64,000 nt of DNA, taken from Candidatus Nealsonbacteria bacterium (GTDB taxonomy: Bacteria; Patescibacteriota; Minisyncoccia; Minisyncoccales; JANBVM01). Positions within the stretch are counted from its first letter, which is position 1, and every line of letters begins with the position of its first letter. Under the pieces are notes generated by a model. The model saw only the letters and a program-made list of their open reading frames with translations, ran no database searches and had not been told where the DNA came from. The translations under genes and the position numbers were made by a program. Location: positions 593,131-657,130 of the forward strand of contig CP061210.1 in the NCBI GenBank assembly GCA_026016225.1, written 5' to 3'. Below, one piece after another: positions 29,161 through 38,961 of this stretch.

Positions 29161-30228
29161 TCATTTTAATTTTATTTGTTTCTTCAAATATTTTGCTGCT
29201 TTTTCCGGCTCAATAGTAGAAATTTCCATCCTCGTCCCTATTTCAAAACCTGCAAAAATAGCTGTTTTTGGCAAAATTGTCCAGTGCCAGTGATAGTGAG
29301 GATGGCTTTTGCCGTCACAGGGAGCTGTATGTAAATAAAAATTATAAGCCGGGTCTGATAACCCTTTATACAAAGCCCGCATGGATGCTCTAAAGGCTTC
29401 TGCTAAATACCATTTTTCTTCTTCATTAGTTCTTTCAAAATATACTGAGTGCTGTTTTGGAGAAACAATAACTTGAAAAGCTGCTTTTGAAGCAAAGGGA
29501 CAGATTGCTAAGAAATATTTATTTTCAAAAATAACCCTCTTTCTAACTTTTCTCTCCCAATTATTCATTTCACAATAAATACATTTTTTATTCTTTTTAA
29601 AATACCTTTCAGAGTTTAAAAGGGCATTCTTTAAATCAATATCAATTAAAGGAGTGGTTATGATTTGGGAATGGGGATGAGGTTGAGAAGCCCCAGCTTC
29701 AACTCCATGATTGTGAAAAATTGAAACATAATTGACAAATCTTTTGTTCATTAAACTCAAATATCTTTCTTGATAAACATCAAATACTTCTTTTACCCGC
29801 CCTGTATTAAAATGAGGAAAGTGTTTCTGATGGTCTTTTGTTATGACCAATTCACAAAAACCAACAGCATTCATTGTTTGATAAAATTTCCCTTCTCTCT
29901 TTTTCTTCAGTTTTGAATAAGGGAGTAAAGCGGGATATTTGTTGGGAATAACAAGGGTAGACCATTCTTCTGGAAACTCACCTTTTTTGAAAAAAACTTT
30001 TTTACCTTTAAAATAAACTAAAACCGGAGGCTCTTGAGTTTCAGTATTGCAAAAAGGACAATCTTTTCTGAGCATCTTAATTTCTGTCCTTTTCTTTTTT
30101 TTGAAAGCTTCGGGTCTCTTTCCCCTGCCAGTCGCTATCACTACCCAATCTTTTGAAACTAAATCAAACCTTAGCTCTGATGGAAATTTTATCCCGGACC
30201 TTAAATGTTTTTTCTTATCTTTTTTCAT
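29161..30228 (-). CDS. galT: galactose-1-phosphate uridylyltransferase family (GalT/HIT-fold)
   Basis: WVVIATGRGKRP, CPFC, NKYPAL, GASQPHPHSQ, YHWH. Confidence 0.85.
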   Translation of the reverse strand: MKKDKKKHLRSGIKFPSELRFDLVSKDWVVIATGRGKRPEAFKKKKRTEIKMLRKDCPFCNTETQEPPVLVYFKGKKVFFKKGEFPEEWSTLVIPNKYPALLPYSKLKKKREGKFYQTMNAVGFCELVITKDHQKHFPHFNTGRVKEVFDVYQERYLSLMNKRFVNYVSIFHNHGVEAGASQPHPHSQIITTPLIDIDLKNALLNSERYFKKNKKCIYCEMNNWERKVRKRVIFENKYFLAICPFASKAAFQVIVSPKQHSVYFERTNEEEKWYLAEAFRASMRALYKGLSDPAYNFYLHTAPCDGKSHPHYHWHWTILPKTAIFAGFEIGTRMEISTIEPEKAAKYLKKQIKLK

Positions 30229-30952
30229 ATAAACTCTTGAACATATTTAATCTTATTTTAAATAAATCTTTTCCCATTCTGAACATACTTTTTATTTTCA
30301 CTTTGCTTTCTGGATCATTTATCCAGGTAACAGGAATTTCTTTTATTTTATATCCCATTTTTTTAGCGATGACCAATATCTCGGGGTCAAAAGCAAAACG
30401 GTCAATTATGCACTTAGGAAAAATATCTTCTGCAGCTTTTTTTGTAAATCCTTTAAATCCACACTGTGTATCCCAGATTCCCCAAAGACCACAAACAACC
30501 TGAACCATTAAATTAAAAACATCTCCTATTCTTCTTCTTAGCCAAGTTTGAGGAACAGAAAGCACAGCACCTTTTATGTCTCTGGAACCTATGACAACAT
30601 CATATCCTTTCTTAAATTCTGGCCACATTTTTTCTACCTGGTCAATGGAGGTTGAATTATCAGCATCTGTAAAAACCCTGTATTTTCCCCTGGCTGTTAA
30701 CATTCCCTGTCTTACAACATAACCCTTACCGTGATTTTCTTTGTTATCAACCAGTCTTAAATTCTCAATTTCATAAGATAGTTCTTTGACAACTTGAGCT
30801 GTGTTATCTTTTGAACCATCATTAACTAGCAAAATTTCCCAATTATAAGATTGGGTTCTCAAATACTTTGCAATCTCTCGTAAAGTTTTATGTAACCGCT
30901 TTTCCTCATTATAAGCAGGAATAATAACTGAAAGATGAATTTCTAGAAACAT
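30215..30952 (-). CDS. GT2 glycosyltransferase (dolichyl-phosphate glucosyltransferase-like)
   Basis: IIPAYNE, NDGSKD, GKG, FTDAD, DTQCGFK. Confidence 0.9.
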   Translation of the reverse strand: MFLEIHLSVIIPAYNEEKRLHKTLREIAKYLRTQSYNWEILLVNDGSKDNTAQVVKELSYEIENLRLVDNKENHGKGYVVRQGMLTARGKYRVFTDADNSTSIDQVEKMWPEFKKGYDVVIGSRDIKGAVLSVPQTWLRRRIGDVFNLMVQVVCGLWGIWDTQCGFKGFTKKAAEDIFPKCIIDRFAFDPEILVIAKKMGYKIKEIPVTWINDPESKVKIKSMFRMGKDLFKIRLNMFKSLYEKR

Positions 30953-31054
30953 TTTTTCATTTTATCACAATTTCAAAATAAATAAAAAAGAGGCCTCAGC
31001 CTCAGAAAAGATTGAAAAGAACTTTTAGAAAAGACACTTCACTCGAGATATGTC

Positions 31055-31378
31055 TCATATTATGAATATAAAACCGCACTTACAAGCTTTAACAAAAGGA
31101 ACTAAAGTCTTTTTTTCTTCACCAGATAAAAGTCTAAGAGCTACAATATGTATTTTTTTGCTTCTGTTCCTGCAAAAATTGTGATGAATCTCCATCCACG
31201 TCATCTCCCCCACTCTCTGTTTTTCTTCTGGTTTTAACTGTTGAAGAAAATTTTTAAAATATTTCTTCTTAGTCTCAGCAATTTCAGAATCTAAGTCTTT
31301 AAAAGAACTCTCGAACTTCTTCATTAGCTGATCTATTTCCAAATCTTTTTCCTCCATTACTTCTGTAATTTCTGGCAT
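31055..31378 (-). CDS. hypothetical protein (ORFan cassette)
   Basis: 107-aa ORF between map and GT2; HxxC and CxC near the C-terminus; downstream hairpin at ~30984-31003. Confidence 0.55.
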   Translation of the reverse strand: MPEITEVMEEKDLEIDQLMKKFESSFKDLDSEIAETKKKYFKNFLQQLKPEEKQRVGEMTWMEIHHNFCRNRSKKIHIVALRLLSGEEKKTLVPFVKACKCGFIFII

Positions 31379-31407
31379 TTCATTCCACCAACTTTCATTA
31401 TATCTTA

Positions 31408-32157
31408 TTACTCAAATTTTGTTAATATCTGACAACCCTTTTTGGTTACAATTAATGTATGTTCAAAATGTGCTGATAAAGAACCGTCTTTTGTTTCAAG
31501 GCCGAATCCATCTTTTGATTTTTTAATCTCATATCCTCTCATTGTTAACATTGGCTCTAAACAAAAACACATACCTTCTTTAATCTTAGGCCCAGTCCTT
31601 CTTTTACCATAATTTAATATCTGAGGTTCTTCATGTAATTTTCTCCCAATTCCATGACCGCAAAGCTCTTTTACAACATTAAAACCCTGGTTTTCTGCGT
31701 ATCTCTGAATTGTATTTGAAATATCACCAAAAGTATTTCCAATACGTGCCTTTTTAATTCCTCTCTTTAAGGCTTTTTTTGTAGCTCTTAAAAGCCTCCT
31801 CACTTCGGGTTTAATATCTCCTACAGGTAAGGTAATTGCCATATCACTATGAAAACCATTATAAAAAATACCTAAATCTAAAGATATTATATCTCCTTCT
31901 TTCAAAACCCTTTTAGAAGGTAAAGCATGAACAATCTCTTCGTTTATTGAAGTACATAAAGCAGCCGGATATCCTTCATATCCCTTAAAGGAAGGTTTTA
32001 CTTTGTATTTAAAAATTAGACTCTCTGTGAGTCTATCTAATTCTTTGGTGGTAATTCCGGGCGTTATTCTTTTCTCTAATTCTTTCATTATCTGAGCTAA
32101 AATCTTACCACCTTCTGACATTATTTTGATTTCTTCCTCTGTTTTTATAGGAATCAT
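31408..32157 (-). CDS. map: methionine aminopeptidase type I
   Basis: CTSINEEIVH, GHGIG..LHEEP, EPM, SAHFEHT. Confidence 0.97.
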   Translation of the reverse strand: MIPIKTEEEIKIMSEGGKILAQIMKELEKRITPGITTKELDRLTESLIFKYKVKPSFKGYEGYPAALCTSINEEIVHALPSKRVLKEGDIISLDLGIFYNGFHSDMAITLPVGDIKPEVRRLLRATKKALKRGIKKARIGNTFGDISNTIQRYAENQGFNVVKELCGHGIGRKLHEEPQILNYGKRRTGPKIKEGMCFCLEPMLTMRGYEIKKSKDGFGLETKDGSLSAHFEHTLIVTKKGCQILTKFE

Positions 32158-32834
32158 TTCACAACTTTTAAGACATCTTTAAAAACATCTTCAATACTCT
32201 GTTCACCATTGATTTTTATTAATTCTCCTCTCTTTTGGTAATATCTGACTGCAGGTTTTACATCTGTCTTGTACCATGCAAGTCTTTTTTTAACCCCCTC
32301 TATTGAGTCATCCCTTCTAGTAAATAAATCTCCTCCACATTTGTCACATTTTTTAAGTTTTTTAAACTCACCAATAAAAGGGATAATCCTCCCACATTCT
32401 CTGCACATTCTTCTCTTGGTTAATCTCTTAATAACTTCTCTTTGAGAAATTTCTATAAGGAGAACTCTTTTGTTTTTTGTCCATCCATACCATCCCAGAG
32501 CCTGTTCTACCATTTCCGCTTCCAAATCAGTTCTAGGGCTTCCATCTATAATTATCCCTTTGAATCCCTCCTTTTTCTTAAACTTTTCAAATTCATCCAT
32601 CCATATTTTAAAGATAACTGGCGTTGGAACTCTTTTCCCCTGGTCAATTTCTTTACTAATTTTAATCCCGGTAAAATCTTTTTTCTTTTTCCTAGCTCTT
32701 AATAAATCTCCACTTCCAACATATTCCAGACCAAATTTCTTTTTCAAAAGTTTTGCTTGAGTTCCCTTTCCTGAACCCGGAGGTCCTAAAATAATAATGA
32801 CTTTTTTATTTTTTATTTTTCTAAAATGTATCAT
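32154..32834 (-). CDS. adk: adenylate kinase with Zn-LID
   Basis: GPPGSGKGTQ, GDLLR, DGSPR, CxxC...CxxC; directly after secY. Confidence 0.92.
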   Translation of the reverse strand: MIHFRKIKNKKVIIILGPPGSGKGTQAKLLKKKFGLEYVGSGDLLRARKKKKDFTGIKISKEIDQGKRVPTPVIFKIWMDEFEKFKKKEGFKGIIIDGSPRTDLEAEMVEQALGWYGWTKNKRVLLIEISQREVIKRLTKRRMCRECGRIIPFIGEFKKLKKCDKCGGDLFTRRDDSIEGVKKRLAWYKTDVKPAVRYYQKRGELIKINGEQSIEDVFKDVLKVVK

Positions 32835-34104
32835 ACTCTCTCATTTCTAATTGAGCTTGTATTTGCTTTATTGTTTCCAAAACTACCGAAACAATAATTA
32901 TGATTGAGGTTCCCCCAATCAAGAAACTAAAAGCAGTAATTTTCGTCATGCCTTGAATAATTGAAGGCATTAAGGCGATTAAAGCTAAAAACAAAGCTCC
33001 AATAGGTAAAATTCGATTTAATATAAAGTTTAAGTATTTAGCAGTGGATTTGCCGGGTCGAATACCGGGAACAAAACCGCCCATTTTTTTCAAGTTTTCT
33101 GCCACTGAATCTGGTTCAAAAGTAATAAGAGTATAAAAATAAGTAAAAAGGAAAATTAAAATAAAATATAAAATCCCGTAAAGCCAGGGGTTGTTAAAAA
33201 AATCTATAATCCCTTGAGCTGCTATACCCCAAAAACCTTCAGAACCTAATAAGAAATTAGCAATCATTGAAGGGAAAGTCAAAATCGATAAAGCAAAAAT
33301 AATTGGAATTACTCCAGCCGGATTAACACTTAAAGGCAGGTAAGTGGAAGCTCCTCCATAAACCATTCTTCCTCTCACCCTTTTTGCATAAGAAACTGGA
33401 ATATTTCTCCTTGCTTCGTTAATAATAGTAACTCCTGCAATAATAAGCAAAGAAGCAGCAAAGAAAACCAAAATTAAATAAAAAGGGATTTTTCCTTCCT
33501 GAAAAATAGCGATTAGCTGACCTAAGTTTCTAGGAAAATCAGCAATAATCCCTGCAAAAATTAAAAGGGATACACCGTTTCCAATCCCTTTTTCTGAAAT
33601 TAATTCTCCCAACCACATTAAAAAGATACTTCCAGCTGTAACGGTAACAATAGAACTTATTTTAGCTAAAGGACTAATTTCTCCAATCAATCCCTGACGA
33701 GAAAATAAAGTAAGCATTCCAAAAGATTGAAGAATGGCTAAAGGCATTGTTAAAATTCTTCCGTATTGTTCAAACTTCCTTCTACCTTCTTCTCCTTCTT
33801 CTTTATACATTTCTTCAAGTTTAGGAAATATCATTGTTAGCAACTGAAGAATAATTGTGGCTGTAATATAAGGACCTAGTCCCAGCATAATAATAGAAAA
33901 TCTTTCAAGTGCACCACCCGTAAAGATATTCATAAGACCCAGTAGTTGAAATTGTCCAAAAAACTCCTTTATTTTCGCAGGATCAATCCCTGGAATAGGA
34001 ATATTAGCCATTACTCGAAAAATAACAAAGATACCCAAAACAAAAAGAATTTTATTCCTTAAATCTTTCGCTTTAAATATTTGGATAATTGCGTTATACC
34101 ACAT
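32821..34104 (-). CDS. secY: preprotein translocase subunit SecY
   Basis: GLGPYITA, GIGNGVSLLIF, AGVIPIIFA, PGIRPG; start taken as ATG 34104. Confidence 0.97.
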   Translation of the reverse strand: MWYNAIIQIFKAKDLRNKILFVLGIFVIFRVMANIPIPGIDPAKIKEFFGQFQLLGLMNIFTGGALERFSIIMLGLGPYITATIILQLLTMIFPKLEEMYKEEGEEGRRKFEQYGRILTMPLAILQSFGMLTLFSRQGLIGEISPLAKISSIVTVTAGSIFLMWLGELISEKGIGNGVSLLIFAGIIADFPRNLGQLIAIFQEGKIPFYLILVFFAASLLIIAGVTIINEARRNIPVSYAKRVRGRMVYGGASTYLPLSVNPAGVIPIIFALSILTFPSMIANFLLGSEGFWGIAAQGIIDFFNNPWLYGILYFILIFLFTYFYTLITFEPDSVAENLKKMGGFVPGIRPGKSTAKYLNFILNRILPIGALFLALIALMPSIIQGMTKITAFSFLIGGTSIIIIVSVVLETIKQIQAQLEMREYDTF

Positions 34105-34115
34105 TTCAATTGCTT

Positions 34116-34550
34116 TTATGATTTTATTTCTCCTCCTGCTTTCTTTATTTTCTCTTTGGCTTTTTCTGAAAGCTGACATCCTTTAACTATCAACTTTTTA
34201 GTCAAATTACCTTGTGCCAAAATTTTTACTTCTGGCAACATTCCTTTTATTTTACGGATTAATCTCTTTTCAATCAATACCTGAGGTGAAATTAAATCTC
34301 CCTTTTTAAAAACTTTATCTAAATCTTTGATGTTAATAATGGCTGGTTTTTTCTTTCTTGATTTAAACCTATACCCTCTAAGTTTAGGATATTTTTTAAT
34401 CAACTGCCGAATCGGAGGCACCATTTTTCGGCCTGCCCTTGTTTTTTGTCCTTTTATTCCCCGGCCAGAATAAGTACCTCTTTTACCGCCACGTCCGATT
34501 CGCTTCTGCTTTTTCCTTTTATGAATTGATTTTAATTGGTGTAATTGCAT
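34116..34550 (-). CDS. rplO: 50S ribosomal protein L15
   Basis: RIGRGGKRGTYSGRGIKGQ, KIKKAGG. Confidence 0.96.
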   Translation of the reverse strand: MQLHQLKSIHKRKKQKRIGRGGKRGTYSGRGIKGQKTRAGRKMVPPIRQLIKKYPKLRGYRFKSRKKKPAIINIKDLDKVFKKGDLISPQVLIEKRLIRKIKGMLPEVKILAQGNLTKKLIVKGCQLSEKAKEKIKKAGGEIKS

Positions 34551-34576
34551 AGTGGTAACACTTATTTTCATTTTCC

Positions 34577-35059
34577 TTATTGCCTGTCTTTTCTTACTTT
34601 CAATCTCTTCAATGCCTCAATCATTGCCTTAGCATTATTTAACTTATTGCTTGTTGCTCCCAAAATCTTAGAAGATATATTTTTTATTCCAGCTAAAGTA
34701 CAGATAATTCTTACTGTTCCCCCGGCTACCAATCCTCTTCCTTTTCTCTGGGGTTTTAAAAGTATTTTAGCTGCCCCAAATTTAGCTTCAACCTGATGAG
34801 GAATGGTGTCTTCGACAATCGGTATTTCAATTAAATTCTTCTTAGACAATCTAGTTGCTTTCTCAATAGCTTTGGCAACGTCTGAACCTGAAGCTACTCC
34901 TACTCCTACTTTCCCTTGCTTATCTCCCACCACCATCACTGCTCTAAATCTTAGTTTTCTACCTCCTTCCCGGGTATGAGAAACGCGGGCTAAATCTAAA
35001 AGCTTTGATTCAAACTCATCTTTATCTCTCTGGAATCTATCTATTCTTTTATTTCTCAT
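34577..35059 (-). CDS. rpsE: 30S ribosomal protein S5
   Basis: GGRKLRF, VVGD..GKVG, GLVAGG. Confidence 0.97.
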   Translation of the reverse strand: MRNKRIDRFQRDKDEFESKLLDLARVSHTREGGRKLRFRAVMVVGDKQGKVGVGVASGSDVAKAIEKATRLSKKNLIEIPIVEDTIPHQVEAKFGAAKILLKPQRKGRGLVAGGTVRIICTLAGIKNISSKILGATSNKLNNAKAMIEALKRLKVRKDRQ

Positions 35060-35088
35060 TTTATTAAATCTTAACTATTTTTTTAATA

Positions 35089-35490
35089 TTAAAATTTTAG
35101 TTCTCCTGCTCGAGCTCCCTCTGCTAATGATTTTACTCTTCCATGATATTTATATCCTCCCCTATCAAAAACAATCTCCTTAATCTTTAACTCTTTGGCT
35201 TTTTGGGCGATTAATTTACCAACTTCAAATGCTGGGGCTAATTTACCTGAAAATTCTTCCTTGCCCGCCGTAGCTTTCTTTATCGACTTCTTACTCTTCT
35301 TTACTACATTCAACTCCAAATCATTAGCTGAAGCAATAATCCTATTTCTTTCATCATCAATTAATTGAGCGTATATATGTTTGTTTGAACGAAAAACACA
35401 AAGACGGGGTCTCTTTGCTGTACCAGAAATTTTACCTCTTACTCTCTTATGTCGTCTATATTTTTTTCTTCTTTTCCCCTTTACATTCAT
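35089..35490 (-). CDS. rplR: 50S ribosomal protein L18
   Basis: [28 protein letters not shown]. Confidence 0.97.
   Translation of the reverse strand: MNVKGKRRKKYRRHKRVRGKISGTAKRPRLCVFRSNKHIYAQLIDDERNRIIASANDLELNVVKKSKKSIKKATAGKEEFSGKLAPAFEVGKLIAQKAKELKIKEIVFDRGGYKYHGRVKSLAEGARAGELKF
35260..35277. repeat. half of a ccgccgtagct-type palindrome in the rplR loop insertion
   Basis: cttgcccgccgtagcttt shares the ccgtagc core with the proS and tpiA inserts; encodes KATAGK. Confidence 0.5.
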
Positions 35491-35536
35491 AGATTAATTA
35501 TTGTCTTTTAACATTTATTTTTGCGAATAATATTTT

Positions 35537-36088
35537 CTATCCAGCTACGCCTCCTGTTACTACTTTCTTTCCTGCTTTTCTTCTTACCTCTTCACCTACA
35601 TATCTAATTCCCTTTCCTTTATAGGGTTCGGGAGGTTTCACTTTCCTTGTCTTTGCTGCAATTAAACCTACAAGTTCTTTATCTATACCTGAAATAGTAA
35701 TTATATTCTTTTCTACCGAAATTTTAATTTCTTTTGGGATTTTTATCTTAACGGAATGGGTAAAACCAACCATTAAAACTAAATTATCTCCTTCGACATT
35801 AGCTTTATATCCTAAACCTCGAATTTCTAACTTCTTTTCATATCCTTCGGTTACTCCCTTTACCATATTGTTCAGGAGAGCTCTAGTTAAACCCCAAAAA
35901 GCTTTAGTATTTTTTGTTTTAGATTTTGGCAAAACAAAGATTTTTCCTTCTTTCAATTCAACCTTAATCTCAGGTCTAACTTCTCGGGATAATTCCCCTC
36001 TCGGACCTTTTATTGTTACTCTTTTATAGTCTATTTTTACTTCAACGCCTTCCGGTATTTCAATTGGTTTTTTACCTATTCGGGACAT
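35537..36088 (-). CDS. rplF: 50S ribosomal protein L6
   Basis: MSRIGKKPI, PEPYKGKGIRY. Confidence 0.98.
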   Translation of the reverse strand: MSRIGKKPIEIPEGVEVKIDYKRVTIKGPRGELSREVRPEIKVELKEGKIFVLPKSKTKNTKAFWGLTRALLNNMVKGVTEGYEKKLEIRGLGYKANVEGDNLVLMVGFTHSVKIKIPKEIKISVEKNIITISGIDKELVGLIAAKTRKVKPPEPYKGKGIRYVGEEVRRKAGKKVVTGGVAG

Positions 36089-36109
36089 ATAAAGTGAATG
36101 TGTTATCTA

Positions 36110-36496
36110 TTACCATACCTCGCATATTACTTCTCCTCCTATGTTTTGTTTTCTAACTTCTTCATCTGTTAGCAAACCTTTTGAGGTTGAAATGATACTA
36201 ATACCATAACCGCTTCTTACAGGTTTTATTTTTTTTGCTCTGAGATAAATCCTCTGACCAGGCTTGGAAATTCTTTTTAAACCAGATATTACTGGTTTTT
36301 TATCTTCATACTTTAGTTTGATTTCTATAATTCTTTTGATTCCCCTACCTTTTTTCTCAACTTTTTCAACAAAAGCGTTTTTTTCTAAAATTTTAGCAAT
36401 TTCAAACTTTAATTTAGAAAAAGGAATCTTAACTGTTTCTTTTAAAACAGCCTGGGCGTTTCTAATTGATGTTAACATGTCAGCTATTGGATCCAT
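36110..36496 (-). CDS. rpsH: 30S ribosomal protein S8
   Basis: DPIADMLT.IRN, SKPGQRIY, GGEVIC. Confidence 0.98.
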   Translation of the reverse strand: MDPIADMLTSIRNAQAVLKETVKIPFSKLKFEIAKILEKNAFVEKVEKKGRGIKRIIEIKLKYEDKKPVISGLKRISKPGQRIYLRAKKIKPVRSGYGISIISTSKGLLTDEEVRKQNIGGEVICEVW

Positions 36497-36500
36497 ACTT

Positions 36501-36686
36501 TTACCAGCTGCTTTTTTTTACCCCCGGGATTAGACCTTTATTTGCCATTTCCCTAAAGCAAATTCTGCATAGACCAAACTTTCTCATATATCCCCTTTTT
36601 CTTCCACATCTAAAGCACCTTCGCACAATTCGAGTTTTGAATTTTGGTTTTTTCTTTGCTTTAGCAATTAGGGATTTTTTTGGCAT
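36501..36686 (-). CDS. rpsN: 30S ribosomal protein S14 (Zn-binding type Z)
   Basis: [25 protein letters not shown]. Confidence 0.97.
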   Translation of the reverse strand: MPKKSLIAKAKKKPKFKTRIVRRCFRCGRKRGYMRKFGLCRICFREMANKGLIPGVKKSSW

Positions 36687-36725
36687 AGTGATAATACCCA
36701 ATTGGGAAGGTATGTTTTACTTATA

Positions 36726-37283
36726 CTACTTTTTTATGGGGAATCCCATTAATCTTAATAACTCTAATCCTTCCTCGCGTTTTTGGGTTGTCGTAACTAT
36801 TGTTATCTCTAAACTAAAAATTATTTTAGCTTTCTCAGGTAAAATTTCAGCAAAAGATATGTGCTCTTTAATAGCTATGGTCAAATTCCCTTTTTTATCA
36901 ACAGAATCAGGTTTTATACCTGAAAAATCTCGGGAACGGGGTAATGTTATGTGAATCAATCTTTCCAAAAGGTCAAACATTTTCTTCTTCCTTAAGGTAA
37001 CCATAATTCCAACTGGAGAACCCTTACGAATTTTAAAACCAGAAATTGACTTCCTTGCTTTAGTTAGAATGGGGTGTTGACCGGTAATTAGGGTTAAACC
37101 ATTTGAAATACTATTTAAAATCTTTTTTTGCTCATCTGAAGTTTTTCCAGAAATCAATTTCCCAAACCCAACATTCACTACCACTTTTTCAATATTTGGA
37201 ACAGCCATCTTACTCTTATAGCCAAATTTTTCCATCATAGCCGAAATCACTTCTTTCTTGTACTTTTCAGTTATACCAATCAT
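36726..37283 (-). CDS. rplE: 50S ribosomal protein L5
   Basis: EKVVVNVG, ITGQ, FKIRKG, LPRSRDF. Confidence 0.97.
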   Translation of the reverse strand: MIGITEKYKKEVISAMMEKFGYKSKMAVPNIEKVVVNVGFGKLISGKTSDEQKKILNSISNGLTLITGQHPILTKARKSISGFKIRKGSPVGIMVTLRKKKMFDLLERLIHITLPRSRDFSGIKPDSVDKKGNLTIAIKEHISFAEILPEKAKIIFSLEITIVTTTQKREEGLELLRLMGFPIKK

Positions 37284-37585
37284 ACTTCTTTGCCGCATTT
37301 TTTACAGATGCGATATTTTTTGTTATCTATAATTTTATAACCTATCCTTGTGGACTTTCCACATTTAGGACAAATTAATTTCACATTTGAAACATCTATT
37401 GGAGAAGGCATTTCGATAATTTGACCTTTTTCTCCTGTTCTTTTAGCTCTTTGATGTTTTTTTATCAAATTTACTCCTTCAACTACAACTTTTCTCTCTT
37501 TCGGGAGAGCCCTTAAAACCCTACCTTTTTTAGTCCGATATTTGCCAGAAATAACCAGAACCTGATCACCTTTGCGTATTTTCAT
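37280..37585 (-). CDS. rplX: 50S ribosomal protein L24
   Basis: KGDQVLVISGK, VEGVN, SNV. Confidence 0.97.
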   Translation of the reverse strand: MKIRKGDQVLVISGKYRTKKGRVLRALPKERKVVVEGVNLIKKHQRAKRTGEKGQIIEMPSPIDVSNVKLICPKCGKSTRIGYKIIDNKKYRICKKCGKEV

Positions 37586-37953
37586 ACAATTTCTCTTGCT
37601 AAAGTTATTACTTTTTCAAAACCTTTTTCTTTTATTTCTCTTGCTATAGGACCGAAAATTCTTCCTCCTCTTGGGTTTTTTGTTTTTCCTTCTAAGATAA
37701 TACAGGCATTATCATCAAATCTAATGTAAGAACCATCACGCCTCCGATATTCTTTTTTCTGTCTTACAATCAAAGCTCTAACTACATCATGTTTTTTCAC
37801 CTCCCTTCTCGGTTCTGCTACTTTTACTGTTCCGACGACAACATCACCAATTCGAGCATAACGTTTTTTGCTACCACCTAAAACATGAATGCATTGAAGA
37901 ATCTTTGCTCCGCTATTATCTATTACTTTTATTATTGTTCTTATTTGAATCAT
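37582..37953 (-). CDS. rplN: 50S ribosomal protein L14
   Basis: [22 protein letters not shown]. Confidence 0.98.
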   Translation of the reverse strand: MIQIRTIIKVIDNSGAKILQCIHVLGGSKKRYARIGDVVVGTVKVAEPRREVKKHDVVRALIVRQKKEYRRRDGSYIRFDDNACIILEGKTKNPRGGRIFGPIAREIKEKGFEKVITLAREIV

Positions 37954-38194
37954 AGAAACTGTTTATTTTCTTAATAACTCTCCACCTCTTCCCTTTGCTT
38001 AAGGGTCTGCACTCTTTAATTATAACCCTATCTCCAATCTTATATTCTTCTTTTTCATCATGGGCTTTATACTTTTTATGAATCTTATATCTCCTTTTAT
38101 ACTTTGGGCTTTCCTTTATTCTTTCAACCTCAACCACAACTGTTTTTTGCATTTTGTTTGAAATAATTATACCTTTTAATTGTTTTTTAGGCAT
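37916..38194 (-). CDS. rpsQ: 30S ribosomal protein S17
   Basis: [21 protein letters not shown]; 3' end overlaps rplN. Confidence 0.96.
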   Translation of the reverse strand: MPKKQLKGIIISNKMQKTVVVEVERIKESPKYKRRYKIHKKYKAHDEKEEYKIGDRVIIKECRPLSKGKRWRVIKKINSFYDSNKNNNKSNR

Positions 38195-38255
38195 AGTGGT
38201 ACTCACTCTTGACCCCCCTCCGATATGGGGAGGATTATTTTATATTTTTCATGTT

Positions 38256-38438
38256 TCACGCTTCACGAAGAATGGTTAATATTCTTGCAATGTCTTTTTT
38301 AGTTTGTCGAACTTCTCTAACATTTTTTAGCTTTCCACCTGCTAAATGAAAACGTAAAACCCTTAATTTTTCTCTCTTATTTGCTATAAGTTTTTTTAAT
38401 TCTGATTTAGATTTATTCTGTAATTTATCTATCTTCAT
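38256..38438 (-). CDS. rpmC: 50S ribosomal protein L29
   Basis: LRF, KKDIARILT; position in S10 operon. Confidence 0.95.
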   Translation of the reverse strand: MKIDKLQNKSKSELKKLIANKREKLRVLRFHLAGGKLKNVREVRQTKKDIARILTILREA

Positions 38439-38440
38439 TT

Positions 38441-38854
38441 TTATCTTCGAGTAATAAATTTAGTTTTAATTGGTAATTTATCTGAGGCTCTTCTCAAAGC
38501 TTCCTTTGCTACTTCCTCTTTTACCCCTTCTAATTCAAAGATAACTCTTCCTGGTTTTATTGGAAAGACATAATGAGAAAAAGAGCCTTTTCCGCCGCCC
38601 ATCGTAAATTCTGTCCCTTTCGATGTCACAGGTTTATCCGGGAAAACTCTAATCCATAACTTCCCGCCTTTTTTTAAATATCTCATAATTGTTCTTCTGG
38701 CAGCTTCAATTTGTCTAACAGTAAGCCAATGAGTTCCTAAAGATTTCAACCCATAAGAACCAAAACTAAGTTCGGTTCCCCGTGTTGAAATGCCTTTTGA
38801 TCTTCCTTTAAACCGCTTTTTATATTTAAGTTTTTTTGGTCCTAATATAGCCAT
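38441..38854 (-). CDS. rplP: 50S ribosomal protein L16
   Basis: RQIEAAR, WIRVFPDKP, MGGGKG, KLP. Confidence 0.97.
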   Translation of the reverse strand: MAILGPKKLKYKKRFKGRSKGISTRGTELSFGSYGLKSLGTHWLTVRQIEAARRTIMRYLKKGGKLWIRVFPDKPVTSKGTEFTMGGGKGSFSHYVFPIKPGRVIFELEGVKEEVAKEALRRASDKLPIKTKFITRR

Positions 38855-38866
38855 GATATTAAAATC

Positions 38867-38943
38867 CTAAATTCAAATATCTTTTAATTGCTCCGCAATT
38901 ACAGGAAGCAAAGCGACTGGTTTGTAACTCTAAATTCAAATAT
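38867..38943. repeat. 49-bp GC-richer insert flanked by 14-bp direct repeats between rpsC and rplP
   Basis: ctaaattcaaatat at 38867-38880 and 38930-38943. Confidence 0.7.
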
Positions 38944-38961
38944 TATAAACATGTTTTGGAT

